From an uncultured Chloroflexia bacterium (GTDB taxonomy: Bacteria > Chloroflexota > Limnocylindria > Limnocylindrales > CSP1-4), in the NCBI GenBank assembly GCA_963725875.1, contig CAVRZZ010000003.1:336817-400816 (forward strand): a stretch of 64,000 nucleotides of DNA, read 5' to 3'. Each line of letters opens with the position of its first letter. Position 1 is the first letter of the stretch. Both the position numbers and the translations under genes were made by a program. This document shows, in pieces, positions 18,401 to 25,862 of the stretch. The notes beneath the pieces are model-generated. The model was not told the DNA's origin. It worked only from the letters and a program-made list of their open reading frames with translations, and ran no database searches.

Positions 18401-19125
18401 GTCGTGACCTGCCCGATGTAGTCCGCGATGAAGCCCTGGAACCCGGTCAGGCCGTCCTCGCCGGGGTCGTACTGGCCGTTGGCCGAGGTGATGTCCGCGA
18501 AGACCTGCGCCTTGATGGTCGCGGTCGGCAGGGGGCTCGGCTGCAGGGGCACCTCGACCACACCGGGTGCCTCCATCGGGATCGTGAACGGGGTCCCGTC
18601 GAGCTTGAATCCGTCGGCCAGCACGGAGATGAGGTACCGGCCCGGCGCCAGGTTGGAGATCCCGGTCGTGGTGTTGAGGGTCGTCTCGTCACCCTGCGCG
18701 GCGACCGGCGCGGAGCTCGCAAGCCCAGCGATCGAGGTCCACGTGCAGGAGTCCGGGTAGGCGGTGTTTGGCTGCGTATGGGCCGCGTCGAGCCACGCGG
18801 AGCAGTCCCCGCCCGGGTTCGCGTTCCGCGCGGTGTTCTGGCCGGTGTTGTCCTTGTTGATGATCCACTTGTACGTCGCGACGGGGTCGCCCTCGGTCAC
18901 GCCGGCGCCGCCGAGCGCCCTGGGCTCCGTGCGGGCGGCCTTGACCGCGAGCTTGATGGTGCTGGTCGGGGCGGCCGGCGCCGCCGCCGGGGCGGCGGCG
19001 GTGGTGATCGGAGCGGCCTGTGCCACCGGCACGGCCAGCTGCGTCACGATCATCGCCGCGCTGGCGAGCCAGATGCCCAGGAACCGGAGCGTCCGGTGCC
19101 GCTGGCCAAATCGCGAATGACCCAT
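15367..19125 (-). CDS. Giant secreted cell-surface protein with SdrD-B/CnaB-type and carboxypeptidase-regulatory-like repeats (adhesin-like)
   Basis: ATG at 19125 has an SD (GGAG 9 nt upstream) and a signal peptide 'MGHSRFGQRHRTLRFLGIWLASAAMIVTQLAVPVAQAAP'. One uninterrupted ~1250-aa frame with Asp/Asn/Gly/Thr-rich beta-repeats such as 'FDGYVFNDANRNGRRDAGEQGVPNITLTL' and 'TFTIPNVPAGSYTI'. The frame stops at 15367. The +1 frame continues from ~15475 ('...LTF|SIEFGGSYNPQLF...') into beta-helix sequence, which suggests a frameshift into the next feature. Confidence 0.75.
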   Translation of the reverse strand: MGHSRFGQRHRTLRFLGIWLASAAMIVTQLAVPVAQAAPITTAAAPAAAPAAPTSTIKLAVKAARTEPRALGGAGVTEGDPVATYKWIINKDNTGQNTARNANPGGDCSAWLDAAHTQPNTAYPDSCTWTSIAGLASSAPVAAQGDETTLNTTTGISNLAPGRYLISVLADGFKLDGTPFTIPMEAPGVVEVPLQPSPLPTATIKAQVFADITSANGQYDPGEDGLTGFQGFIADYIGQVTTDVFGNPLCTKYQFNDLNNNGVQDPGDEIVLDADNAPIVTHLGGKCLSGDINMDGVVDATYHPSTNTWTGTDGVLYSDPQLDPGLLTIPNLGPNRYALSAVPPTGSNWVQTTTLEGNHDWDAWEMEGSTGLDTEFVVAGEPFPAQIFGFVPGPAASHWTHPATASKSYGDSWAGGTGTIKGVIDAMKVYVPTTGGACLPGTIWGGLCGGKVDKPIDKPWITLSDLNNGDTAVWMGRGGADGTFTIPNVPAGSYTITYWDEPQNYILDLLNVTVANGETVDMGVRPLTGWFTKFDGYVFNDANRNGRRDAGEQGVPNITLTLRKRENSLMDRGATLVTTNASGYYVMENAYPLTEWLVLEAYDDRYYTTGVTYQADNQPTPTTVLGAGVDVSVLPIIGLSGTLDWGVHAYDPTGANGVDPQNGGIVGSVSYDTTRNELDPRYAAAEDWQPGVSGLTVNLYAPVDCPLEGSPEYGTVPCDANGDYALNPADGSYAQGKLLNTYVTETWQRPTDCIARDVDGTPLANPADQQVLPVGDGKGCLEGPLMGVQFGTYATDQGTADANFGAAVDGNYGFGDGCFDGTLDATDPANPVCVGGTFTALPAADYLVHVDLPGVTDNNGDPVYKVTREEDINIATGDSFVPQVPPPACVGPLHQVDVANDPTGIDVYPATTIVDPSGIGSATVAVAASTPTDNPTFADRLGGSPFEGQAKPLCDTKLVTLQNGKSVVPMFNVFTDVPLPGRFFAYNVDDLNFSTDPKSLLYGEKAGLPFTPVGIYDFANRLITTVETDYNGLFDVLLPSTDRINCPTPSGVCGNVYRFVGNDPGIPGRLNPNYNPQFRTIAADFEAWPGIIVPADTAPTQVGVTIQLPGTTTFQAVSCSVNDPAGTAATRAPELYAVSRPYTTGTQPAFTIYGRGFGAAKGTGQLTLDGTPITTATWNDTQITVTATISPSVGQGPHQLKVTSANGKSTVNGLTFYRIRRVLQPAALRGGSDQQPELHSGQGKRRAVVHAG

Positions 19126-19193
19126 TGCCTGGTACTCCTCGTTCCTGATTGCCCGTCGAATGCCGGCCCCGGAGGCGCGGCGGTCACCTGTGC

Positions 19194-19841
19194 TCATCGA
19201 TCGCCTCCGGCGTGGGTGGTTCCCGCGGTCGCGGGAGACTCGAACGGCCCATCCGACGCGGCCAGCGCCGGTGCGGATGCCTGGGCCGGGTGCATGGATG
19301 GGGCCGCCCGCCACGCGCCTCGCCAGGGCATGCCGGCGAGCAGCGAGATGGGGGCGAGGACGAGAACCGCCGCCTCCAGCGCATACAGGGCGTCGGCCGC
19401 GAGGTCGTCGAGGAGGCTGACGCCCGCCTCTTCCTCTGCGCCGAACAGCAGGCCGTGAAGCTGGTTGCCGGGGATGCTGAGGGCGGCGAACAGCAGTGCG
19501 GCGAGCACCCCCCAGAGGGCCATGGTCGTCAACGACGCGCGCTCCCCCGGCTCCGTTGGTCGGAGCCTGGCGACGAGGAGCGCGGCGATGACGACCGCGA
19601 CGGCCCCGAACGGCACGGCCAGCGCCGTGTCACGGAGCCAGTGCAGAACTGGCGGCAGCTCGTGGTGCTCGTGCACGCCCGCGTGGACGAGCTGCAGAAG
19701 GGCGATCGGCACGGCCGCGAGCAGCCACGCGTACACGACCACCCGGCCCGGCAGCAGGCGGAACCCCGCGCCGGCAGAACCCTCGCCGGGTTCAGGCGCG
19801 CGAGCGCGGGCGTCGACCTGGTCCATCATCGTCGCGGTCAT
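19194..19841 (-). CDS. Hypothetical polytopic membrane protein
   Basis: 215 aa with about four hydrophobic TM segments. Lies directly upstream of the giant adhesin on the same strand. No recognised domain. Confidence 0.4.
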   Translation of the reverse strand: MTATMMDQVDARARAPEPGEGSAGAGFRLLPGRVVVYAWLLAAVPIALLQLVHAGVHEHHELPPVLHWLRDTALAVPFGAVAVVIAALLVARLRPTEPGERASLTTMALWGVLAALLFAALSIPGNQLHGLLFGAEEEAGVSLLDDLAADALYALEAAVLVLAPISLLAGMPWRGAWRAAPSMHPAQASAPALAASDGPFESPATAGTTHAGGDR

Positions 19842-21790
19842 TGGCCATCTCCCTGCTCGGCCCTGGTCGGGTCGCTGACACCTGGTGTTGGGGTTGGGGT
19901 TGGGTCGAATTGGGTCACGGGCCAGCTCACGGTCACGCGGACCACGACCGGCTCGCCGCCGGCCGCCGTGATCGACCCATCGATGGCGCTCATCAGGTCC
20001 AGGACGAGGAGGTACTCGCCGGGCAGGTCGGGCGCCGTCAGGCGGAGGGAGACGCGCTCAGTGGCTCCCGGGGCGAGGTCCAGCTTCGCCCACGCCGCCG
20101 CCGTCTCCGGCGCCGACGTCGCCAGGTCGAGGCGGACCCAGTGCCCGACGAGCAACGCCTTCGGGTCCGCCGGGGCGGCGTCGAACTCGTCGGACGAAAC
20201 GGTGGCCGGCGGCGCGACCCACGGCACGGCGCCGCTGTTCGAGACGGCGACCGGGAGTTCGATGGTGGACCCCGTCGCCAGGTCGAGGTGGTTCGGGGCG
20301 CTGATCGACGCCGAGAGCGGCCTCGTCACCCGGACCATCACGGCAGGCACGGGCGCCTGGGTCGTGGCCGGGAACGCGGCTCCCTCGGGATCATGGACGG
20401 TGGTCACCAGGCGGTACAGGCCCGGGGCATCCGGCGCGACGATGCTGGCCGTCAGGCGCCGCTTGCCCGACGTCACGTCCGCGAGCACCACGACCGCGCC
20501 GAGCACCTCCGGAGTCACGAGCGGCGTCACGGATGGCGCCTCGATCGGGACGGCCAGGGGCCCGGCCGGGGTCGGGGACGGGGCGTCCACCGCGGCCGAG
20601 GTCGGGGCCGGGGCCGACGTGGCGGCCGGGATCGGGGCCGGGGCGTCCACCGCGGCCGGGGCCGGGGCCGGCGCGTCGGCCGGGATCGGGGCCGGGGCGT
20701 CCACCGCGGCCGGGGTCGGGACCGGGGCGTTCACCGCGATCGGATCCCACCGGACGCCCAGGCCGAGCGATGCGACCGGATCGGTGCCCGGCTGGGAGAA
20801 CGTGACGACGAGCTCGACCGACGTGCCGGCGACCGGGATCCCGCGCAGGCGGACGGACTCGACGGTCGGCGGGATCCGCGGCTCGGGGGTCGGGAGCGCC
20901 GCCGGGCTGGCCCCGGCCGTGCCCGGGTCGGCGCGCAGGGCGGCTCCCCGGGCGACCTCGCCGGCGCGCAGGTCGGCCCGCGTCACGAGGGAGCGGTAGA
21001 ACTGGCTGCGGGGCCGGGTCGGGTCGAGGAGCGCCGTCAGGCCCGGGGTCCGGACGCTGGGGAAGGCGATGACGTGGTCGTGGAAGGTGGGCGCGGCCCG
21101 CCAGATCCCCTCGACCGTCCCCTTCCCGGCGAGGATCGCCTCGACGTAGTAGGCCGGGCCGAGGTACCCGTCGGCGATGACCGCCGAGGCCCCCGCGGCC
21201 AGGAACCCCGCCGCGAAGTTGTCGACCCGCTGCCGGGCGACGTCGAGGGTCCCCTCGGGCAGGCCCGGCTCCGAGTTGCCCGAGGCGTAGCACAGGTGGG
21301 AGAGGACGACGACGGCGTTGGGGGCGAGGGTCACCGAGCGGGCCAGGTGCCACTCGCCGAAGTACTGGTGGGCCACGTCGTCGACGCCGGCCACCGGGTT
21401 GAGGCCCAGGCCGTCCTGGGTCCGCGGGTTCAAGGTCCGGCTGTAGCGGCTGGGCCAGCCGTTGCCGTGGCCCAGGTAGACGACGACCGACGCGCCGGCC
21501 AGGGCGGCCCTGGCGGCCTTCCACGTCGCGTCCGGGGAGTAGACCGTGACGACGTCGTCGGTGAACCGGCGCGCCGCGGCGGCGGCCTTCTCCGCGTCGG
21601 CCCGGTAGCTGTCCGTCAGCGCGCCCACCGGGCCGACGATGATCGCCACCCTGGGAGCCGCGGCCCGGACGCCCGGCTGCGCGAAGGGGGCGACGCCGAA
21701 GAGCATCGCGAGCGCCAGGAGCACGACGATCGACAGGCGGGGACCGAGGCGCCGAGCCGCGCGGCTCTGGTCGCCGTGAACGACCTCCAT
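19838..21790 (-). CDS. Secreted protein, paralog A: N-terminal caspase-like (clan CD-like) His/Cys domain, Ala/Pro-rich linker, C-terminal Ig-like domains
   Basis: Signal peptide after the ATG at 21790 ('MEVVHGDQSRAARRLGPRLSIVVLLALAMLFGVAPFA'). Domain blocks 'RVAIIVGPVG', 'VVVYLGHGNGWPS', 'HQYFGE', 'VVLSHLCYASGNSEPG'. About 60% identical over the N-terminal domain to the CDS at 25863-27734. The peptidase assignment rests only on the spacing of the GHG and CxxG motifs. Confidence 0.65.
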   Translation of the reverse strand: MEVVHGDQSRAARRLGPRLSIVVLLALAMLFGVAPFAQPGVRAAAPRVAIIVGPVGALTDSYRADAEKAAAAARRFTDDVVTVYSPDATWKAARAALAGASVVVYLGHGNGWPSRYSRTLNPRTQDGLGLNPVAGVDDVAHQYFGEWHLARSVTLAPNAVVVLSHLCYASGNSEPGLPEGTLDVARQRVDNFAAGFLAAGASAVIADGYLGPAYYVEAILAGKGTVEGIWRAAPTFHDHVIAFPSVRTPGLTALLDPTRPRSQFYRSLVTRADLRAGEVARGAALRADPGTAGASPAALPTPEPRIPPTVESVRLRGIPVAGTSVELVVTFSQPGTDPVASLGLGVRWDPIAVNAPVPTPAAVDAPAPIPADAPAPAPAAVDAPAPIPAATSAPAPTSAAVDAPSPTPAGPLAVPIEAPSVTPLVTPEVLGAVVVLADVTSGKRRLTASIVAPDAPGLYRLVTTVHDPEGAAFPATTQAPVPAVMVRVTRPLSASISAPNHLDLATGSTIELPVAVSNSGAVPWVAPPATVSSDEFDAAPADPKALLVGHWVRLDLATSAPETAAAWAKLDLAPGATERVSLRLTAPDLPGEYLLVLDLMSAIDGSITAAGGEPVVVRVTVSWPVTQFDPTPTPTPGVSDPTRAEQGDGQ

Positions 21791-22099
21791 TGCCCGCGAC
21801 GAACCGCGCAGCAACCACCCCGTCTCGCCACGTCCGGTCGTGGCCGGCCCACCCAGGCGCAACCTGCAACTCCCCTGCGCCGCCGCGGCTCACCCGGCAG
21901 GTGGCCCCCCGGCCACCGTCGGCGCCGGGTGTCATCCGCGGCGGTATCGCACGTCCGGATGCTGCACGCGCCGGGGGGCAGTGAGCATCGGGGCCGCTCT
22001 GCATTCGACCCCGGGTGGGGCCCCGGAACCCGCCGCGGCTCGACCCGGTTTCGCTGGGGGTCAAGACCTGAGGCCGTGGGCCCGAAGCGGGCCGACGCC

Positions 22100-22768
22100 C
22101 TAGCGGTTGGCCGGGATGAGACCCGAGCGGATCGCGTACCGCACGAGACCGGCGACATCGTGGATGTCGAGCCGCTCCATCAGCTGCGCGCGATGCGTCT
22201 CGATCGTCTTGACGCTGAGGTTCAGCGTGGTCGCCATCTGGTGGTTCGTCCGGCCCTCGGCGACGAGCTGCAGGATCTCGCGCTGCCGCCGCGTCAGGCC
22301 GTCGGACGTGCCGTCGCCGTCGTCCGGGGCGCGCCGGAGGTAGTCGGACACGACGTGCCGCGACACCATCGGGCTGAGGTAGGAGCCGCCCTGGGCCACG
22401 GCCCGGACTGCCAGCTCCAGCTCCAGCGGGCTCGAGTCCTTGAGCAGGTAGGCGGCCGCGCCCGCGCGCAGCGCCTGGCGAACGTACTCCTCGTTGTCGT
22501 GCATCGAGAGGACGATCACGCGGACGTGCGGGTACTCGACACGCACATGGGAGATGACCTGGATGCCGCTCAGACCCGGCATCGTGATGTCGAGGACGGC
22601 AACGTCGGGCAGGTGCTCCGCGATCACCGAGAGCGCCTCCCGGCCGTCGGCGGCCTCCGCGACCACCCGGACCCCCGGGATTGCCGACAGGAGGGCACGG
22701 AATCCCGCCCGCACGAGCGCGTGATCCTCCGCCAGGACCACGTTGATCGCCGGCGGCGGGTATGTCAT
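22100..22768 (-). CDS. Two-component response regulator, NarL/LuxR family
   Basis: Receiver domain ('VVLAEDHALVRAGF', 'VAVLDITMPGLSG') plus C-terminal LuxR HTH ('LTRRQREILQLVAEGRTNHQMATTLNLSVKTIETHRAQLMERL'). Start ATG overlaps the kinase stop (ATGA). Confidence 0.9.
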   Translation of the reverse strand: MTYPPPAINVVLAEDHALVRAGFRALLSAIPGVRVVAEAADGREALSVIAEHLPDVAVLDITMPGLSGIQVISHVRVEYPHVRVIVLSMHDNEEYVRQALRAGAAAYLLKDSSPLELELAVRAVAQGGSYLSPMVSRHVVSDYLRRAPDDGDGTSDGLTRRQREILQLVAEGRTNHQMATTLNLSVKTIETHRAQLMERLDIHDVAGLVRYAIRSGLIPANR

Positions 22769-23580
22769 CGGACGATGACCGGCCGGCCAACGGGGAAGCG
22801 CGCGATCACGCGGGTTCCGTCGCCGATCCCCGCCCGGACCTCGACCGCCCCGTCGACGAGCGCGGCACGCTCGGCCATGCCGGCGATCCCGACACACGTG
22901 GCCCCCGTGCAGCGTGTCGGGTCGAATCCGACGCCGTCGTCGGAGACGTCCAGGACGAGGACGCCTGTCCGCGGTCGCAGCCCCACGCGCACGCGCAGCC
23001 GCCGGGCATCGGCGTGCCGGACGGCGTTCGTGATCGCCTCCTGGGCAACCCGGAAGCACGTCGTCTCGACCTCCGCCGAGAGCCGCACGTCCCCGAGCGT
23101 AACCAGGCACGAGATGGCGAGTCCCGATCGTTGAGCGACCTGACGGCACAGCGCCCGCAGGGCGGGGCTGAGCCCGACGTCGTCGAGGAGGGCGGGACGC
23201 AGGTCGAAAGCCGCCGTGCGGACCTGCAGGAGCGCCTCGTCGATCGCGGCGATGCTGTCGAGGAACTCGGCGCTCTCGACGAGCTCGGCCCCGCTTGCGC
23301 CTGTCCACGCATTGACGTGCGCCAGCGACGTGAGGTTGAGGCGAACCAGGGTGAGCGCCTGCCCGACGACGTCGTGGAGGTCGCGCGCGATCCGCGCCCG
23401 CTCGGCCTCCTGGGCGGCCACCAGGCGCGCCCGCGTGGCGCGGTCGTGGCCCTCCAGCCCGTCGTTGGGTCGGTGGATCCCGGTGCCGGGTCGTCCCGGC
23501 CCCAACGTCACGGACTCCCGTGCACCGGCCCGACCCGGGACGAACGTGATCGGCCCCGCCTGGGGCATGTACGCGGCCAT
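22765..23580 (-). CDS. Sensor histidine kinase, HisKA_3/NarX-DesK type, apparently cytoplasmic with no TM segments
   Basis: H-box 'IARDLHDVVGQALTLVRLNL' and HATPase_c blocks 'EAITNAVRHA', 'DDGVGFD', 'GIAGMAERAALVDG'. Start chosen at the ATG of 'MAAYMPQ'. The ORF could extend upstream to 23751. Confidence 0.8.
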   Translation of the reverse strand: MAAYMPQAGPITFVPGRAGARESVTLGPGRPGTGIHRPNDGLEGHDRATRARLVAAQEAERARIARDLHDVVGQALTLVRLNLTSLAHVNAWTGASGAELVESAEFLDSIAAIDEALLQVRTAAFDLRPALLDDVGLSPALRALCRQVAQRSGLAISCLVTLGDVRLSAEVETTCFRVAQEAITNAVRHADARRLRVRVGLRPRTGVLVLDVSDDGVGFDPTRCTGATCVGIAGMAERAALVDGAVEVRAGIGDGTRVIARFPVGRPVIVR

Positions 23581-23843
23581 CCGAATGCTCCTCCATTCCC
23601 GCGACGACTGAGCCTCCCCTGGCTCCCGGCCACCCAGCCTGTCGACCGCCACGGGTCTGCGGCCGACCTCCCCGCCGAGTCCCAGGCAAGCCCACTCCGA
23701 CGGGTGGCCGCAAGGATCGGGTGGGCTGGACACGGCGTCTATAGTCGTCAACGACCATTCGGAAGGTCCGCGGCTTGGTCACGGTGGGGTGGGACGACAG
23801 GCGGTGCCGGCGGCCGAGCCGGCCCGCTCGATGGGGGCGCACG

Positions 23844-24968
23844 ATGTCCCGAGTGGGGTGGGGCGCGAGAGGACCGCAGCGGGGGCCCTGGCTGATCGCA
23901 CGCCCGCTACGGTTGCTGGTGGTGCTCGACGCAGCCGGGATCGCGCTCGCCGCCGCCGTCGTCGCCCAGCTCGGCGATCCGGACATCCTGCTCCACCTGG
24001 TCTGGATCGTCCTCGCGATCGAGGCCTTCGCCTTCGGCCTGCGCATCGTGTCCGTGCGGATCGCCGCCGCGGCGATCTTCGTGGTCGGCTATGGCGTCGC
24101 GAGCAACGGGGACGCCACGCCCCTGGCTGCCGCCCTGTCCGACCTCGACTTGAAGGAGTGGCCGCTCATGGCCGTGATCGCCGTCCTCGTGGCGGTCATG
24201 GCCGATCGCGTGCTCGTCAAGGGGCGGCGCTACGCGGCGCTGTACCGCGCGGCCAGCGATCGGCTGCTGACGGCCCAGGAAGACGAGCGACGACGCCTGG
24301 CGACCGACCTGCACGACGGCGTCGGGCAGACCCTGACTGCCCTCGCCCTCACGCTCGACGCGGCGGAGACGGCCCTCGCGAACCCGCAGGAGTCCGGTGC
24401 GGCGGGGATGGCAGATGTCCACCGGGCACGCGAGATGGCCGGCCTGGCGCTCGAGGACGTCCGCGGCGTCGCCATGCGCCTGCGCCCGGCGCGGTTCCAG
24501 GAAACCGGGCTCGTGGCAGCCATGCGCGAGCTCGCTGCCGCGGCGGGGGTGCCCGTCGAGTTCTCCGCCGACGTGTCTCTCATGCGTCCGGAGCTGCTGG
24601 ACCCCGATCGCGAGGTTGACGTGTACCGGATCGTCCAGGAGGCACTCGGGAACGCCACGCGTCACGGGAAGCCGCGTCGGGTCCGGATCACCGTCGCGCG
24701 CGTCGACCTCCTGCTGCGGGTCGAGGTGGCAGATGACGGCGCGGGGTTCGACCCCGACAGGACCGATGAACGAGGCCTCGGGCTCACGAGCATGCGCGAC
24801 CGCGCGTCGGCAGTCCGCGGAACGCTCCACGTTCGTTCGCGACCCGGCACGGGAACCGTCGTGCGGCTGGAGGTCCCGCTCTCCGCGGACGTCGTGGCGT
24901 CGGTGGTGGACGGAGCCGCGAGCCCGGCGTCGGCCACGGCCGCCCAGTCGGGAGCGCAGGCAGGGTGA
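23844..24968 (+). CDS. Membrane sensor histidine kinase, HisKA_3 type
   Basis: Four hydrophobic segments, then 'RRRLATDLHDGVGQTLTALAL' and HATPase blocks 'QEALGNATRHG', 'DDGAGFD', 'GLTSMRDRASAVRG'. Alternative upstream start at 23775. Divergent from the minus-strand kinase. Confidence 0.8.
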   Translation: MSRVGWGARGPQRGPWLIARPLRLLVVLDAAGIALAAAVVAQLGDPDILLHLVWIVLAIEAFAFGLRIVSVRIAAAAIFVVGYGVASNGDATPLAAALSDLDLKEWPLMAVIAVLVAVMADRVLVKGRRYAALYRAASDRLLTAQEDERRRLATDLHDGVGQTLTALALTLDAAETALANPQESGAAGMADVHRAREMAGLALEDVRGVAMRLRPARFQETGLVAAMRELAAAAGVPVEFSADVSLMRPELLDPDREVDVYRIVQEALGNATRHGKPRRVRITVARVDLLLRVEVADDGAGFDPDRTDERGLGLTSMRDRASAVRGTLHVRSRPGTGTVVRLEVPLSADVVASVVDGAASPASATAAQSGAQAG

Positions 24969-25678
24969 TGGAGGACGGCAACCGCCGTCCCGCCGCGCCG
25001 CCGGGCTCCCGCCGGGTTCCCGCCGGGGCCGGGGTCACGCCCCAATCGCCCCTGCGGGTCGCGCTCGTGGACGACCATCACCTCGTTCGCGAGGGCCTGC
25101 GCCACGTCCTCGACCTGCAGCCCGGGATCCTGGTCGTCGGCGAGGCGGCCGGTCGCGTCGAGGCCTTCGACCTGCTCGCCAGCGGCCAGCCCGACATCGT
25201 GCTTCTCGACATCACGTACCCCGACGACGACGGCCTCGCGATGCTCCGCGAGATCGCTGCCCGCCGGCCCGACGTGCGCGTGCTCGTGCTGACCATGCAT
25301 CGCGATGCCGAGACCGTGCGGCAGGCGCTCCGCGCGGGTGCGGCGGGCTACGTCGTGAAAGGCGCGCGCACCAGCGAGCTCCTCGAGGCCATCTGGGCGG
25401 TCGCCCGCGGAGAGCGGTACCTCCACAGCAGCATCGCGGGCGTCATCACCGACGACGCGCGCTGGATGGAGGCGGGCAGCCCGCTCAGCCCGCGCGAACG
25501 CGAGATCCTGGCCCACATCGCGGCGGGGGCATCGGCCGCGGAGGTCGGGCGAACCCTCGGGATCAGCCCGTACACGGTCCGCCGCCACGTGGCCAACCTC
25601 TCGGCGAAGCTCGGGCTGAGCGGCCCCAAGGCGCTGACCCGGTATGCCGTGGAGCACGGGCTGATCCGCGACGCCTGA
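24965..25678 (+). CDS. Two-component response regulator, NarL/LuxR family
   Basis: 'RVALVDDHHLVREGLRHVL', 'DIVLLDITYPDDDGL', C-terminal 'LSPREREILAHIAAGASAAEVGRTLGISPYTVRRHVANLSAKL'. ATGA overlap with the kinase stop. Confidence 0.9.
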   Translation: MMEDGNRRPAAPPGSRRVPAGAGVTPQSPLRVALVDDHHLVREGLRHVLDLQPGILVVGEAAGRVEAFDLLASGQPDIVLLDITYPDDDGLAMLREIAARRPDVRVLVLTMHRDAETVRQALRAGAAGYVVKGARTSELLEAIWAVARGERYLHSSIAGVITDDARWMEAGSPLSPREREILAHIAAGASAAEVGRTLGISPYTVRRHVANLSAKLGLSGPKALTRYAVEHGLIRDA

Positions 25679-25862
25679 CCGGCTGGGGTCGACCGGGCGC
25701 CGGTGATGCGCCGCGCGCTCCTCGGCCGGCCGGTCAGGGGGTGCGCTGCGCGCTCGACGAGGAATGCCGGGACATGGCAGGCCGGCACGCCAGGGTGCAG
25801 CGCACGCGACCAGTAGCGTGTCGCGCGCGCGGCTGGCCCTGCAGCGTGGCCGGCGCCCCGTT

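Noticed and set aside
19194-19841. Possibility that this membrane protein is an anti-sigma factor or part of the two-component cluster
   Set aside because: There is no zinc-finger, RskA or HTH motif. It contains only hydrophobic helices, so it is left as a hypothetical membrane protein.
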